Source of the DNA: Lytechinus pictus
Taxonomy: Eukaryota
Length of the DNA: 64,000 bases
Direction: 5' to 3'
Assembly: GCF_037042905.1 (NCBI RefSeq)
Contig: NC_087261.1
Location: forward strand, 10,478,001-10,542,000
In this document: positions 14,101-27,966 of the stretch, piece by piece
Layout: the number at the start of each line of letters is the position of its first letter
Numbering within the stretch: the first letter of the stretch is position 1
Notes under the pieces: generated by a model
Databases searched by the model: none
What the model saw: the letters and a program-made list of their open reading frames with translations, nothing else
Told to the model about the DNA's origin: nothing
Program-made: the position numbers and the translations under genes

Positions 14101-17100
14101 CATTTACGGGGTCCGAAGTTCAAGAGCACCATTGTTTTCTTTGAAATTAAATAATTTAGATATAACTTTCAAGGTGCAGAACTGTGTTTTGTGGAAGTGT
14201 TCTAGCATCAATTGAGCATCTCGGATGATAATTGGATTTTCAAGTTTGAATTAGAGCTTGGTTTTAGATCCTGTACTTGTCCTACAAAACCAAATCAATT
14301 ACAGGCCGGTTCAGGGAAAGTATCTTCAATCCGGTCTACTGGTGTGAGCTGCACAGCATCAAAACTTTTACAAAAGGCGTTAACAAAATTAATTCATTTA
14401 CTTTTCAACATCAAAATGTTTATCGATATACTTCCATATCTGCATGGACGAATGAACCTCTTTTTTATTCTTATTTAGTGTTATCATCTTTTTATCGGAA
14501 TATGATAAATTGCGTACGAATCTAACAAAACAGGCCTATAAGTGGATTTTTGCTCGATCATTTCGGTCACTCGAAAATTTCCAGAAATTACATAGTGTAT
14601 ATCCAAAACTTCAACACTCTCGCAAGTTGTTTTTTCGCTCTGCTCTTGTTCATGGGGGGGGGGGGGTTTGGAGGGTGACAAATTTGTCAATGTAATTGAA
14701 AGTTACCATATTCACTGCTGTCATATTTTATTAACAAAGTTAAATGTTCAATGATACAAACCATGAAAACTAAAAAAAAAAAAAAAGTACTGGTAAACAT
14801 CATGTGTCCATGTTTGTTGTTTCTATACTTCGACCACAACCATACCCCACTTGATGCATATATCAAAGTCATGCTTTGTGATGATAGTAATTCTACTGGA
14901 CACACAACACCGCAGGTGTCCAAATAGTTTCGATCATAGACCCGTATAATGACGTCATCGCGTAGCATAGTCGTCTCTGTCACTTGCTTTAAACTATTAT
15001 TATATTTATAATATATTTATTTCTCGCATTCAGCGGGGATTCCCTGTAGTAAATAATACACAAATCACATCAAGATATATGTCAATTTCAATGCAATGAT
15101 TTTACGAAAAGAATCGCGAAAGCGAAAGCCCTCCAACTTCCCCCATCCTGTCCAAAGTCGTGTCTGAATTTGACTAATTATGGCGTGAATAAATTAGAAA
15201 TGTTATAAAAATTTAAATTTCTATGGGAGCAAGGTAGATATTGATATTAATACATCGATGAATTTTCAACAATTTAATATTTGGAACACTTCAGAAAAAA
15301 CCTACAACATGACCTGAGTGCCAAATAGGGACTGCTTCACCTCGACTTGTAGTCATGATAAAAAGAAAATTGCTTCAAAAGTTCTTAAAAGTTGAAACAT
15401 CTAGGAAACTCCATCTTGAAAGGCTCAAGATTAATTGCATCAACGCATTCAGGGGCATTTCGAGCAGAATATTTTGAAAAATTAAGAGTGAAAATGATTT
15501 TGACTTGGTTTAAATTCGCCGCATGACGCCCCTCCTTCGTTGCTTTTACACTGATTGCAATTTACACTCGTGTCAATTTCTAGGGTGGAGTTAGTTTCGA
15601 GGAATTACATTCCAGCATGTTTTAATGATATTGTTGTATTCGAAGATGTTGTGTTGGATAAATTTAGTAAATGTTCCAACTGAGCTTGTTTGATGAATAT
15701 TTGGGTGCTAAGTATCGCTTGTGATTAGATGAAAGCGGAGTGAATACTCACTTTGAACATGCCTCACTATCATGGCTATCAGGAATATACACTCTAAAAA
15801 TAAATCAGTCAAAAATGACTAATTAATAGGGTCAGCTGCACAGCAAAAACTGCGGTGTTAACCGGTGTACATAGATGACCACACCAGTGATTTTACACCG
15901 GTGTTAAATTGACAGTGTTAGTTTAGCACCTATAGGTGTTATTGCAACACCTTTGGTTGTTACATGTACACTCTTTGGTGTTATATTCAATCTCTAGGGT
16001 GTAATTTTAACACCAGAGGGTGTGGTCCTCTATTAACACCCACTGGTGTCAGTTCTAACACCACAGTTTTTACAGTGTGGGTGCAACTATTATTCTACTC
16101 ATATTTTACTATTTTCTAGTCGTATTTTACTAGAACAGAGTTATTTCTAACTAGAATATGTCAGAAATGTGACTAGTATCAGTTGCCCCCAGCTGACTAC
16201 TTGTCCAGTCAAACGATGTTACAGGGTGCTTCAAACAAAAGTCCGATGTGATCGTGAGTGGATATCAAACAGATTATGAGTGACCATGTTTTAAGCACTT
16301 ATTTTCATATCATATGTTCCTTCGTTTCATATTAAATTATTTGCAATCAATCAGAAAACATTTCTTAGAAACAAAACTTCAATGCACGTCGTTTTCTGCG
16401 GGCACGGCCGTTTTTATTCCTTACTTCTGCTTTTATACACAGTGTATTTTTTTCCAAACCAGAAATAAATTCGTATCTTTGTTTTTTGTTTTTTCGTTCT
16501 ACAGGAGCAGCAGATTAAGGCAGAAATATTCACAAACGGGCCTGTACAAGGTATAGTTGCAATCTTTGATAAATTTATTAATGAGAAACAACATTAACAT
16601 GATTAATAAACATTGAATAGCCCCACTCTTGCAAGATATGCTCATGATAATGATAATACACGTATAAATTTTCTACAGTACGATTCAAAGAAGTCGCTCA
16701 GTGCGGATGTTTTCTGCCAGTTAATCATACTTAGTCATTATCATGATAATAATTTTGCTATTTTTCGTTTGATATTAAGCAACAAAATACATAAAAAGAT
16801 GAAAAAGCGATTACAATGTAACGAAACTAAAATTATTTGAATCTCATGTTTTCCCTCCAGCCGTTTTCAACGTCAAAAGCGACTTCTTCATGTACAAGGG
16901 CGGCGTGTATCGCCACATTCCGATGAAGTCGACTGCGTCTAATGTAGTCTTCACCGGAGACCAGACTGATGTCCAAGGTGACGGAGTGTTTGAGGAAGAG
17001 CAGGGCGGTTGGCACTCGGTTCGCATCCTAGGATGGGGTGTCGATAGGTCGTACCCAAATAGACCACTCAAATATTGGGTAAGAAATCACGGTTTGAGTA

Positions 17101-18727
17101 ACAAGCTTGACCGAAATATATATACATTTTCTATCATGTCTATTATAGGTCTTGGCGTTGTGTAGGTTATGATATACAGACGACCACGTTACCATGGTTA
17201 CTTAAAGGACAAGTCCACTCTAATAAAAAGTTAATTTGAAACAAAAGAGAAAATCCAACAAGCATAACACTGAAAATTTCATCAAAATCGGATGTAAAAT
17301 AAGAAAGTTATGACATTTTATAGTTTCGCTTAATTTCACAAAACAGTTATCATTTCTAATAGGTCTATGGTTATAGGCACATCTTGGTCGGTATGCAAAT
17401 GAGGAGACTGATGACGCCATCCACTCACTATTTCTTTTGTATTTTATTATATGAATTATGAAATATTCTAATTTTCTCCTCATAGTCAAGTGAAACAACG
17501 ATAATTCCTCCCTGAACATATGGAATTAGCATTGTTTAATTCTATATGGTTCAGTCAAGTTGGTCCACATTGTCAAATTTGTAAAAAAAATGAAATATTG
17601 TTTAATTCAAACAATAAAAAACAAAAGAAATAGTGAGTGAGGGACATCATCGACTGTCTCATTTGCATGTCACTGAATTGTGAAAAATAAGCGAAACTTT
17701 AAAATGTCATAACGCTCTTATTTTACATCCGATATTGATGAAATTTTCAGTGTTATGCTAGTTTGATTTTTCTCTATTTATTCAAATCAACATTTTCTTG
17801 TGGTGGACTTGACCTTTAAGACTGAGAATCATTGTCACTTTGCAATTAATGGTAATGACCATGGTAACAATGCTGGGCAACCCATTAAAATTAAGATTCC
17901 GTTGATTACAAATATTGATATTATAATAAGTTGTATTCAACCTAATTTGGTTTCGGGTGAATATGCCCCGTTGTCAGAAAGACATTTCATCGAAATAAAA
18001 ACAGGAATTCCGAATAAACTGCAATTATGCCTATAGTTTATTATTAGGTCACTATATATCCTGGATATTACATGAAAAAAAAAAACATTCGACATACGTT
18101 GACATCCATCTCAAAACTATTTGAAATATTCTTGAAAAAAAAAGTGATATTTATATGAAGATTAGGGGTGGTTATAATGTTCTAGTATACAAATAATACA
18201 CGATATCGAGGGCATTAGAAGAATTACACCATGAAATGCCTTCAGAAAAGTTTAATTGGATATGATCAATATCATCACTTTATGATATGTTATACAGTAT
18301 TATGGTTATCTATTTAGCTGTACTTTCGATATCAAATAAATGGTATTTCTCGTCAGCTTGAATATCGACTGCTAAGATTATTATTTTTTTTTTTTGGGGG
18401 GGGGGTATTAAGAGGCTGTTATTTGATAATTACTTCAATTCTTTACATATACAATAGAAAATAATATAGCAAATGAATATTATCTCTTTACAAATTAAGA
18501 GATACATTGAAAACTCCTAAACTTAACACTATACATTATTTGTTTTATTTATCGATTGCCCCTTCTAGATATGTGCCAACTCTTGGGGTACCGGATGGGG
18601 TGAAGATGGTCTCTTCCGGGTCATCCGAGGTGAAAACGAATGCAGTATCGAGAAGTTCGTCGTGGGAGTCTGGGCGAATATTGACACTGATATGATGAAC
18701 CCCATGAAAACGAACAACGTCATATAG
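8101..18727 (+). CDS. TINAGL1: Tubulointerstitial nephritis antigen-like protein (TINAG/TINAGL1 family; signal peptide + somatomedin-B + Cys-rich + non-catalytic papain C1A domain), 502 aa
   Basis: Coding exons 8101-8440, 8951-9029, 9967-10071, 10477-10712, 11103-11256, 12212-12383, 16505-16550, 16861-17078, 18569-18727. All introns GT-AG with consistent phases (1,2,2,1,2,0,1,0); total 1509 nt. Motifs: CYCDGFC..DCCPDF (SMB), [41 protein letters not shown] (catalytic Cys replaced by Ser), [65 protein letters not shown]. An acceptor at 8027-8028 implies an upstream 5'UTR exon. Confidence 0.93.
11280..11730. repeat. degenerate (GAT/GGT)n microsatellite in TINAG intron 5
   Basis: Visible trinucleotide run; produces the poly-M/D/H ORFs in the track. 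Confidence 0.9.
15790..16228. mobile_element. CMC/EnSpm-like MITE with nested CAC..GTG MITE (15839-16077)
   Basis: Outer CACTCTAAAA..AGGGTG; inner CACAGCAAAAACTG / CAGTTTTTACAGTG flanked by a 2-bp TG duplication. Confidence 0.55.
17206..17815. mobile_element. Kolobok-type MITE, copy 2 (TINAG intron 8)
   Basis: TTAA TSD; TIR AGGACAAGTCCAC / GTGGACTTGACCT; collinear with 4005-4594. Confidence 0.8.
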
Positions 18728-20825
18728 ACGTCGCATAAACGTTATACAAACGTTGTGATCCAGGATTCTTCGAAAATGTGATAAACCTTTTATATCGTTG
18801 TTCAGACTGAGAGGCTGAAAGAGATTATGGTAAACTACAGATTTCAGGCCAAATTTTCGACGTTATCCACCTAAGACTGATCATTGCTTAGCATCGATCG
18901 ATAACTGGCTTTAAAAAGATGAATTTGGGGGAAATGTTGGAGTCATGCGGATTTATGACGTTTTCTTCGCTTGGACCCTATATTTTGTTGGACAATGGGT
19001 GCTCGATTTTTGCAAAAAAAAAGTCTAAGTAAAACAATATCTATGGATTGGTGCAGGTCAATGCTGCCTCTGCCATGTTTATCACAAGTAATCCGAGAAT
19101 AGACGTACCGATGTGATGAAATGGGACTGATGAATCAGAGCCTATCCGAGGGATTTACAGGAAGAGTGAAGTGTAACAGTCTAACAGACTTCAAAAGAAG
19201 CAACAGCGCACCTTCTCCACATGATCCCCATTTTGTGACGAGGCATAATGCAAGGAGTGAAAAAAATGCTTCAAGTAAAGTCACTATATATTGTGTAACA
19301 TGGGTGTCGAAACACGGCATTTGCCGCCACGCCGGAGGTGCAACCTTAGTCCTATTATCAGAATGATAGTAATAAACAAAGGACAAAACACGGTTTTCTC
19401 GACGTATATATGTGTGATTTAACGACGATAGCTGCATTTATAAGCAATCAAAAAGTTTCATTTATTTCATGAAACTTCACGTGCTAAATCAGAGTTATAT
19501 ATATATCATACAGACCAATTTTCATATTGAAAAATAAACAGGATGAAGACGATATTTCATCATAAAATGAAACAATGATTCAATAACTTTATGACATTTT
19601 AGTTCTCATGTGACTTGCATAAGGTAATGGTTTAACCAAATATTGAGTTGTTATAACGATTATAACGTTACATACATACATATCATTCTGTTTACGACAC
19701 TTTCCTTCTGTGATAGTCTCCGTATACGTAATTATTGTGTTCTGACCTTTATATGATTCGTATAATTCTAATACATTTTGCAAAGAGTAATGGTTAAATT
19801 AAATATTGAGTTATAATTATCATATGAAGTTACTCTCACTGACGGTGCCATTAACTGATTATGTTAGGATCTAAATTTGGCATGTAAAACCGAAACCATT
19901 TATCGAGAGGGTCATAATGGTCTAAAGAACAAACGAATCGTGTAGGCGTCTTTTTCTTAAATAGAGTTTTCAAGCTCTTGAACTTAAGAAGTTGAACATT
20001 TGAAGAGATATTACGTGAGTCACAATGAAATGACTGATTGTTAATTATATTATTTAATTGATACGAGGCTTCCCAAACCCACCATCCCCTATCATTATCT
20101 ATAGGCCTACCACCCAAACCTTTGACCCATTTTCATACCTGTCTTTCTACCAAGGTGACTAGGAATGTTATTTCTCAAATTAAACTGTAAATAATTTCTG
20201 AAAAGTTTTATACAGTGGATTAAGTTACTCACTGCGGCATATTTTTGTCGATGGTATTTATAGATAGGTAAACGTTGTTTGAATGTATGTATTTTTTTTT
20301 CCATATTTATATGTGTTGATAAAATGAGTATTGTGTTTCAATAGGTATTTTAGCTCAATCACGACTTTTGAAACTTAAATGGAGTTCAGTATTTTGATTG
20401 TCAACATCATGTCAAAGCGAATATGGACTTTAGGCAGATTCTATATCGGCGACTTCAGGGGCCGCGGAACCGGGGGGGGGGGGCGTGTGCAAGAATGTAA
20501 AAATTACCATCTGATTGTGATTTTATGCATGGTCAACCCCATCCCCTTCAAATTCATTCCGCGGCTCTGGACTTAAAATCAGAGAGTAACGAATGGACTC
20601 AAAGAGTGTCGAACTCAAATCGGAGAGTATCGGCTTGAACACAGAGAATAATGACTTGAAACAAAAATTATCGAATTAAATTACTACAGAGTATCTCCTT
20701 AAGACAGAGCGTTACGACTTGACGCAGATGGTATCGACTTGACGTAGAGAGTGCCGACTTGAACGCAGAAAGTCTCAACGACTTCAAAATATAAATCAGA
20801 CAGTATCGACTTAAGGCAGAGAGTA

Positions 20826-21060
20826 CACTATAAATTCCAAGGATTCAAAGTAAATCCAGATCGGTTGTGAATAATAACCACCCGAATAATAGATTTAGAT
20901 TTAAACCTTGTTGATTTAAATATAAATCTAAAAAAAGATTTGAATTCAAATCTTTTGAGATTTAAAAGTTAATCCTTAAAATTTAAAATAAATTCAAAAT
21001 TCGGCTGGTCACTATTCACCGCCGATCTGGATTCATTTTAATTCCTTGGAATTTAGAGTG
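20826..21060. mobile_element. palindromic CAC..GTG MITE
   Basis: TIR CACTATAAATTCCAAGGA / TCCTTGGAATTTAGAGTG, TA flanks, almost entirely self-complementary. Confidence 0.75.
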
Positions 21061-21222
21061 TAAGCTAGCTACTTGAACAAGGAGACTTGGAAGTGTATCG
21101 ACGACTTGAATGCAAGGGAGTATCGACTTAAGGCAGAGAGTATCGACTTGACTTGACAGGGTATCGATGACTTGAAATTAGACAGTATCGACGACTTGAA
21201 ATCAGATAGTATCGATTTAAGT

Positions 21223-21500
21223 AGAGGTGTTGTGGCTCAGTGGATAAGTCTTCGGCCTTTAAACCATAAAAAGGTCCGAGGTTCAAATCCCACCGTAGCA
21301 CTAGCGTCCTTTGGCAAGGCGTTTATATACATTTGCCACTCTCGACCCAGGTATATTAAATGGGTACCCGGTAGGAAGGAATTCCTTGAATGCTCGATGC
21401 GCCCAATTAGGGTCGCCGTGCTAAAGCAGGGGTAATAGTATGCAGCGCTTAGAAACATTTGTATTGAGCGCTATATTAATGTTGCATATTATTATTATTA
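21223..21500 (+). mobile_element. tRNA-derived SINE
   Basis: Box A TGGCTCAGTGG, box B GGTTCAAATCC, body with AATGGGTACCCGGTAGG, (TAT)n tail, TTAAGT flanking duplication; related copy at 60884-61119. Confidence 0.85.
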
Positions 21501-22414
21501 AGTCAGAGCGAGAGAATATATCGACTTGTATCGACTTGGTGCAGAGTATTGACTTAAGGCTGAGTACGGACGACTTTAATGTCTACACATGTAGTAAAAA
21601 CGAGAAAGTGTATCGACGACTTGAATGCAAGGGAGTATCGACTTGATGCAGAGAGAACCGAGGGTATCGACTTAATGCAGACAGTATCGACGACTAGAAA
21701 TCAGATAGTATCGACTTAAGTCAGAGCGTATATAGACGACTTGAACGCGGAGAGAATATATCGACTTGAACGCAAGGGAGTGTCGACCTGATGCAGGGTG
21801 TTGACTTAAGGCTGAGTATGGACGACTTGACTGTCTATAGTAAAAACATAAATGATATTTAATGCTGTAATGGGAAAGTGCTTCCGAAAATGGAGATGAC
21901 CCGCCTCTTTTCAATTTTTGTTCGTTGTAAAGTTGATATAAACATGATGAAGATGGATCTGCTCTTGATAAAATGTCAAAAGCCTTTGCGATTGTGTTCA
22001 TATTCTTTACAGATTTTTGTCAAGTTTATCATTAGATAGGCCTACGTATCACCATGTTCGTTTTGTGTGGAAGTCTATATTGCTCTCGCTTGAATTTCAA
22101 ATTTCGATCTAGACCTACATACTATACATTTGAAACATAAAGCATAATTATTTGGACGTGTACAATTGTTGATCACCAAACTTCCGAAGTATGCCATTAT
22201 CATTCTAACCCATACTTTGGTTTCTCAGTGCTTACTTCAGGGAAGATTTTAGCTGCTCTGTCATTCATTCCTTTATAATCTTGCATCTGATTTCTCATGG
22301 AAATAGCTTTAAGTATTTATTTGAGGTAATGGTACTAGTTATTCATTCATGCTGAATTCAGTTACCATGGTTACTCTGACCAACGAAATTGGCTCCAAAT
22401 GACCAACCGCTGAA

Positions 22415-22757
22415 AATGGTTTATTATTAATTGGTCTAATGCCAATTTGTCTAATTACCAACTCGTCTACTATCATTTGGTCTACCATCAGTCGTCCAAT
22501 CACCATTTCGTGTAATAACAATTTAGGTCATATACCATTTGGTCTTATTGGAATAAGTGTTAATTGGACGAAATGAAAGAGAATTAAATGGATAATAGAA
22601 CATATGGTTATGAGACGAAATGGTCACAGACGAATTGGTGATTAGAAAAAGTGATGATTGGACCAGATGGTTGTTAGACGAAATGTTGATGGACGGAATG
22701 GCATTAGACTAAATGATGTTAGACCATGTAATGAGTGGACGAGTTGGCAATTACCAT
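22415..22757. mobile_element. MITE-like element with short internal repeats
   Basis: Inverted AATTACCAACTCGTC / GACGAGTTGGCAATT and repeated AGACGAAATGG-type motifs. Confidence 0.4.
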
Positions 22758-23449
22758 GATAATTATGTCATTCGAAATAACAGTATATAGTTTTGATCGG
22801 TCTGGAGTAGGTTGCTGTTACCATGGTTACTGTAAGATTATCATGCTTATTTTTTATATATTTTTAAATATAATATTGCCTTTTCTTCTCTAACTGCGGT
22901 ATCACTTGGTAATTACAGCAAAAGAAAATGTAAAACTATACAAAAAAATATGTACATTTCTACACATTTTGACCTGCATATACCTTATTTGATAATCACC
23001 TACATATCATATTTATTTATAAAAATCAATATTCTAATATATACCGGTAGATATGTATCTATTTGCTGAACTTCACGAAGCTGTTGTATAGGCCTACTTT
23101 TGACCTTTTTTTTTTGTATTCGTCATGCCATTTTTTTTTAAACTAAACAATTACCATGTTTTTTGTTTATTCCAGTAAAACACCAAATATTATTACTAAC
23201 GATCCTTGGAATTATCAAAAAGGTAACATAATCATATTTGAAAATGATAATGATACAAGACGAGTCTAGATGTTGCTCAACACCACTTTATTTATTACGA
23301 GCTTTTGTTGGCAAGCTATTCTCAGAGGTTATTTCCTCATACATGTTACGTGACCGACTTAGTAAATAACAGATCCTCACTCACATACTAACTTACAAAC
23401 CTAAACCAGCAGCAGCAGTCTATGGTACGAACAGGTAAGAATTGTTGCA

Positions 23450-24185
23450 TGTTATACACTCTTGAAAGGATAAGTCAACTTAAGGTTCGAGATTAATCGC
23501 TAATTTGAAAGAGCAATTCTGATTGGTTCCTAATCAGTCTACTGAGCGAAAAGCCCATGCAGCGATGATCCTGATAGGCCAATTCATTTCGCGATTGATC
23601 GCTAACCTTTGTTTTACGGGGCCCTATTGGTGAATATGTGTCCGTCCTATAAAAGTGGTCAAAATCAATTAAATTTTTTTCTGGTAGATTCTGAAAAAAA
23701 AATGGTTGATTTTGACAATTTTTATGGCAGTGACCATGGGCGGAAATCCCAGGGGGACAGGGGGACGTGTACACCCTACCAAAAATAGTAGGGGGACATA
23801 ATATCCAATGTCCCCCCTACTATTTTTGGTCTTTTATGATGGAAAGAAATACATCATTCAAAATCGAAATAAAACATGTGTTTTGGCAGTGACAGTGATA
23901 TCATAACCATAACGTGTTGCAGTGTACCTTGTCAATTTACTTCTTTTTCGATTTGTGTACGATTTTCGCCTCTATTTATCAATACATTGTACAATAACCC
24001 GATAAGGCAAGATTGTCGAAAGCTCGTAATAAACAGTGGTATTCAGCCAAGTCTATATTTAGTCTTGCAGTACTTTGATTTCTAAAATACAAGCATTTTC
24101 TTGCAAGACACATATTCGCCATGTAAGTTAGTATCTTTCTTTCGATTATGACTGTAATCACTCTTATGTGAAAGGTGTATATACA
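23450..24185 (+). other. candidate solo LTR / orphan promoter
   Basis: TGTTATACAC..GTGTATATACA inverted termini, clustered CCAAT/ATTGG boxes 23520-23630, TATAAAA at ~23648, AATAAA at ~24028; no matching TSD. Confidence 0.35.
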
Positions 24186-25103
24186 TTATGCTTAAAACCT
24201 GATCAGAAAGCTAGACATTTCTGATTAGTCTGCACGCACAGACTCATATTTAACACTTTCACCAGGCCTGACTTAAACCATGACCATGTCTAAAGTGGAG
24301 ACTAAACGCGAAACTCTCTGTCTGTGTGGTAGAGAGCTAGCCACGGCACATAGTGAATCTAGTCTCACTACTTCAGACTCTGCATCATGCCATTTTTTTT
24401 TCAATTCAATTCTTTATTCCATTTCCATTCAAAACATAATACAAAGTAATATAAAGTAATACAAATCAATTACAATTTTACAGACGAGCATTCTTACTTC
24501 GTAAAACAAAAAACAGTATAATATTGAGTATAAATGGAAATGAGGGGATCCACTAAAAAGAAAAGCTTGTAAAGTGTGGATCCCCCATATACATTATGCA
24601 TTATGTGAATTTCGAAAACCAAGGTCTATGACTTCAGACTAATTTCGAATCACGTTTTAAATATATACGTATGTCTGAACATTTTCTAACCGAAATTTGT
24701 GACGATTTTAACCATGTATGAACCGATTCTAGTGTGAAATACCGATATCATTGTAAAAAAGATGTCATTGTAAAGCTGAAACGAAAGTTATTATTTAAAA
24801 TAAGTTAATGTACCGACCCCTAAGTTCTCATGGTATGAATCACAGTTTGATATCTTTATTTCATTATAATGAAAAGGTCATGTAGCAAAGGTCGGCATAA
24901 TTATGATAACTCCATATTTATATGTTTCCTCAAATTACTTTTGCCATTTTAAAGCCCTTTCCCAAGAATGTTTTATACCGGTGTTTTGTAATAAAGTATT
25001 GAATAATATAATGAATATATTATTTACATTGACATATCGCTTTTTCGATTTTGAATATTCGTATAGCTAGAGGAAAGTGGATGTAAGAGGGATGGTGAGC
25101 AGG

Positions 25104-26173
25104 CAGGGGCGGCGGATCCGGGGGGCAGGGATACCTGCCCCCTCCCCCCAAAACCCCGTATGAAATAAAATGTCCTTTTTCAAAATGGAAAGTTCCCTTT
25201 TTCTTAATGTGCCCTTTTTTCAAAATGAAATACCCCTTTTGAAGTAAAACATAATACATTTGAAGTTAAAAAGTCACAAAAAATTGACTCGCGCTTCGCG
25301 CTTGAATCAATTATTGTTTAGTAAGATACTATTTGTGCTGCTGGTTACAAAAAAATGCTTAGAATGTCGAGTTTTCAGGATGGAATATCACAAATTTTTT
25401 TGCTGGCGCTCGCGTCAATTATTGCTTAGTAAGGTACTGGTTGTGTTCCTGCTTACAAAAATGCTTGGAGGTTGGCATATCACAATTTTTTTGCTCGCGC
25501 TTCGCGCTCGCATCAATTGTTTATTATATTAGTAAGGTACTCATTGTGTTCCTGTTTACAAAAACGATTAGAATGTCCAGTTTTTAGGTTGGAATGTCAC
25601 ACATTTTCAGCTCGCGCTTGCGCTCGCATTATTCAATTGGTGAGATATTATGTATCCTATTCATGAGTCACGAAATGCAGTCCTAAAGAGGTTCCTTTTC
25701 TGGTCAGTATATCAAAAAATCAGCTGGCTCTTCGCGCTCGCGTTAATTCTTTAGTTAGATACACACCTTTTTCATGATTACAAAAACTGAATAGGATTTT
25801 TTTATTTCATGTCTTATTACATAAATGTGCAAAAGTTTGAGCTTGTGATTCACGCTCGCAACAGCTTGCAATTGGCGCCATAATTGACCAAAAGCAAGTT
25901 TTACTACTTCAGATTTGAATTTTTCCAAACCGCTCACTCGCTACGATCTCTCGCGGGAAAAATAAAGCCTAAATATATATTTTACCAATCACTTCAAAAA
26001 GATTTTGCTCAAATTATACTACAAAACACCCAAACTGGTTCACGCAGATGATAATCTCATGGTGAAAATATCTGTTTGCACCAAAATGCCAAATTTGACA
26101 TATTTATATACAGTAGGCCTAAGTGCCCTTTTTTGGCTTTGCCCCCAAACGAGAATATGTTCCGCCGCCCCTG
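25104..26173. mobile_element. non-autonomous hAT element
   Basis: Perfect TIR CAGGGGCGGCGGA / TCCGCCGCCCCTG and perfect 8-bp TSD TGAGCAGG; internal GCTCGCGCTTCGCGCTCGC repeats. Confidence 0.85.
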
Positions 26174-26305
26174 TGAGCAGGGAAGCATTACATAGAATAA
26201 ATAGTGTTTTTCACAGACTATTTATATAGAAATCCTTGCATCTGAGTGGCTGATATGCAAAATATGAGTGAAAATCACGGAAAAGTTGCTTTATTAAACA
26301 CTATA

Positions 26306-27290
26306 CAGTGCGTATCAAAAAAAAGTTTACACTTAGAAAAAATCCTGTTAAATTATACATGGGTCATATCCTGGTGATTTTTCCACATTTTAACATTGGT
26401 AGAGATCCATTTAAGCAAATGACGTTATAACTGTCGAAAAATATTTCTGCTTGAGTGAGCACCACTTACTTTTGAAAAATTAGTGAAAAATGATTTGCGC
26501 AGAACTTCGAAATAGTTATGCGAAAAAAAGTAGACCTTAATCATGAAGAACACATGGAATTTAGCTAGTAAAATTGATTTGAAGATATCTTTTACCTTTT
26601 TAATTTGTTTCCTTGCTCAAAACACTTCGAAGAGTGCATTGCGCCCCACCCCGCTCCCCCACACACCGAGGCCATCGTGACGATATTTGCTTTACACTGA
26701 GCTGTGATTTACATGAAATGGCTTAGGCTTGATTTTAATTTTGTTAATCATTGTCAAGCTTGGGAAAAGTGTGGAGAAACAAGTATTAAATGAAAAATGA
26801 AATGTAAACCCACTTTAAATGATAAAAACTCAGTGAAAAAATGCTGGAGATGTCTGATATAAACTTTTGTTCAGATTCAGTTATGTCCTCAGATCCAGCT
26901 GGCACAAAAAGGGTAAAGGTTGTGCTTACTAAATGTTGAAATTTCAATTCGGGTGGCAAAATTTTTACAAATTGCTTGAATGTATCCGTTTTATTTCAAT
27001 TGAGTAAAAGTGCAAGGGATATGTATGAGAAATGTTTCGCAGTGTAAGTTTCATTTCGCCCTTTCCCCTTGACACAGCGTGAAAACGAGTATTTCTGCGC
27101 AAACAGATTTCTGCGAGCTTTACAAAAATGGACAGTGCTCACTCAAGTGTAACATTCTGTCAAAATTTTTACTTTCATTGGATAAATGAGACCCAAACCC
27201 AAGATTATGTGTGAAAAAATTACCCACCTGTTGTATACTTTTGAATTCCCAGGGCTTTTTCAAAGTGTAAACTTTTTTTGATACGCACTG
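26306..27290. mobile_element. non-autonomous Tc1/mariner element
   Basis: TA TSD; TIR CAGTGCGTATCAAAAAAA(A)GTTTACACTT at both ends; no transposase ORF. Confidence 0.85.
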
Positions 27291-27604
27291 TAGAGAGGTG
27301 AGAGAGAGAGGGGGAGTGATGAATACATTGAAAGGGAAAAATCTGAATATTTTTTATGATCCTGACATGGCAACACGGAGAAAAAATAAAGACATTTATA
27401 ATGCGCAAACACATATCCAATAATATCATGAATTATAGGCCTATGGTAGTATATTCTCATATTGGACTACCAAAAGCTTTTTTTTTGTGCCTGTTTAGCA
27501 ATTGTAATAAGGCCTACTAATTCATTCAAATTAATATTATTGCATTTAATTTTGTTAGAAACTATTGGATACGAATTCAACCCCGAATTCGAATCCATTT
27601 TTAT

Positions 27605-27966
27605 CAGGGGCGGATCCAGGAGTTTTCAAGGGAGGGGGCACTTTTTCCTAGGAAAATTTGACAAAAAAAAAAAAAGTTTTCACCTACAATAATTGAAGGT
27701 AATTTCGTGCACCTATAATTTGACAAGCAAAAAAAAAAAGAAAAAAGAAAAGGTCCTCACTTGTGTATGAACCATACTGTATATTCCCAATACAAATATA
27801 TGCTGTGACTTTTAAGGGGGGGGGGGTGCACGCTTGTGTAAGAACGGCATATTTACATTAACAATTTTGATAATGGCTCTCAAGGGGGGGGGGCACGGGC
27901 CGTCATGCAGTTTCACTTCATACATGTCAGCGCACCACATTTGCGAAACCCCCCGATCCGCCACTG
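27605..27966. mobile_element. hAT-type MITE
   Basis: CAGGGGCGGATC / GATCCGCCACTG termini; TSD ATTTTTAT/CTTTTTAT. Confidence 0.65.

Larger units (their letters stand above)
20580..21835. repeat. degenerate ~20-23-bp GTATCGACTTGA tandem array
   Basis: Many AGAGTATCGAC(GAC)TTGAA variants, interrupted by a MITE and a SINE. Confidence 0.75.

Noticed and set aside
21223-21300. tRNA gene
   Set aside because: A/B boxes are followed by a SINE body and TAT tail; the cloverleaf is degenerate
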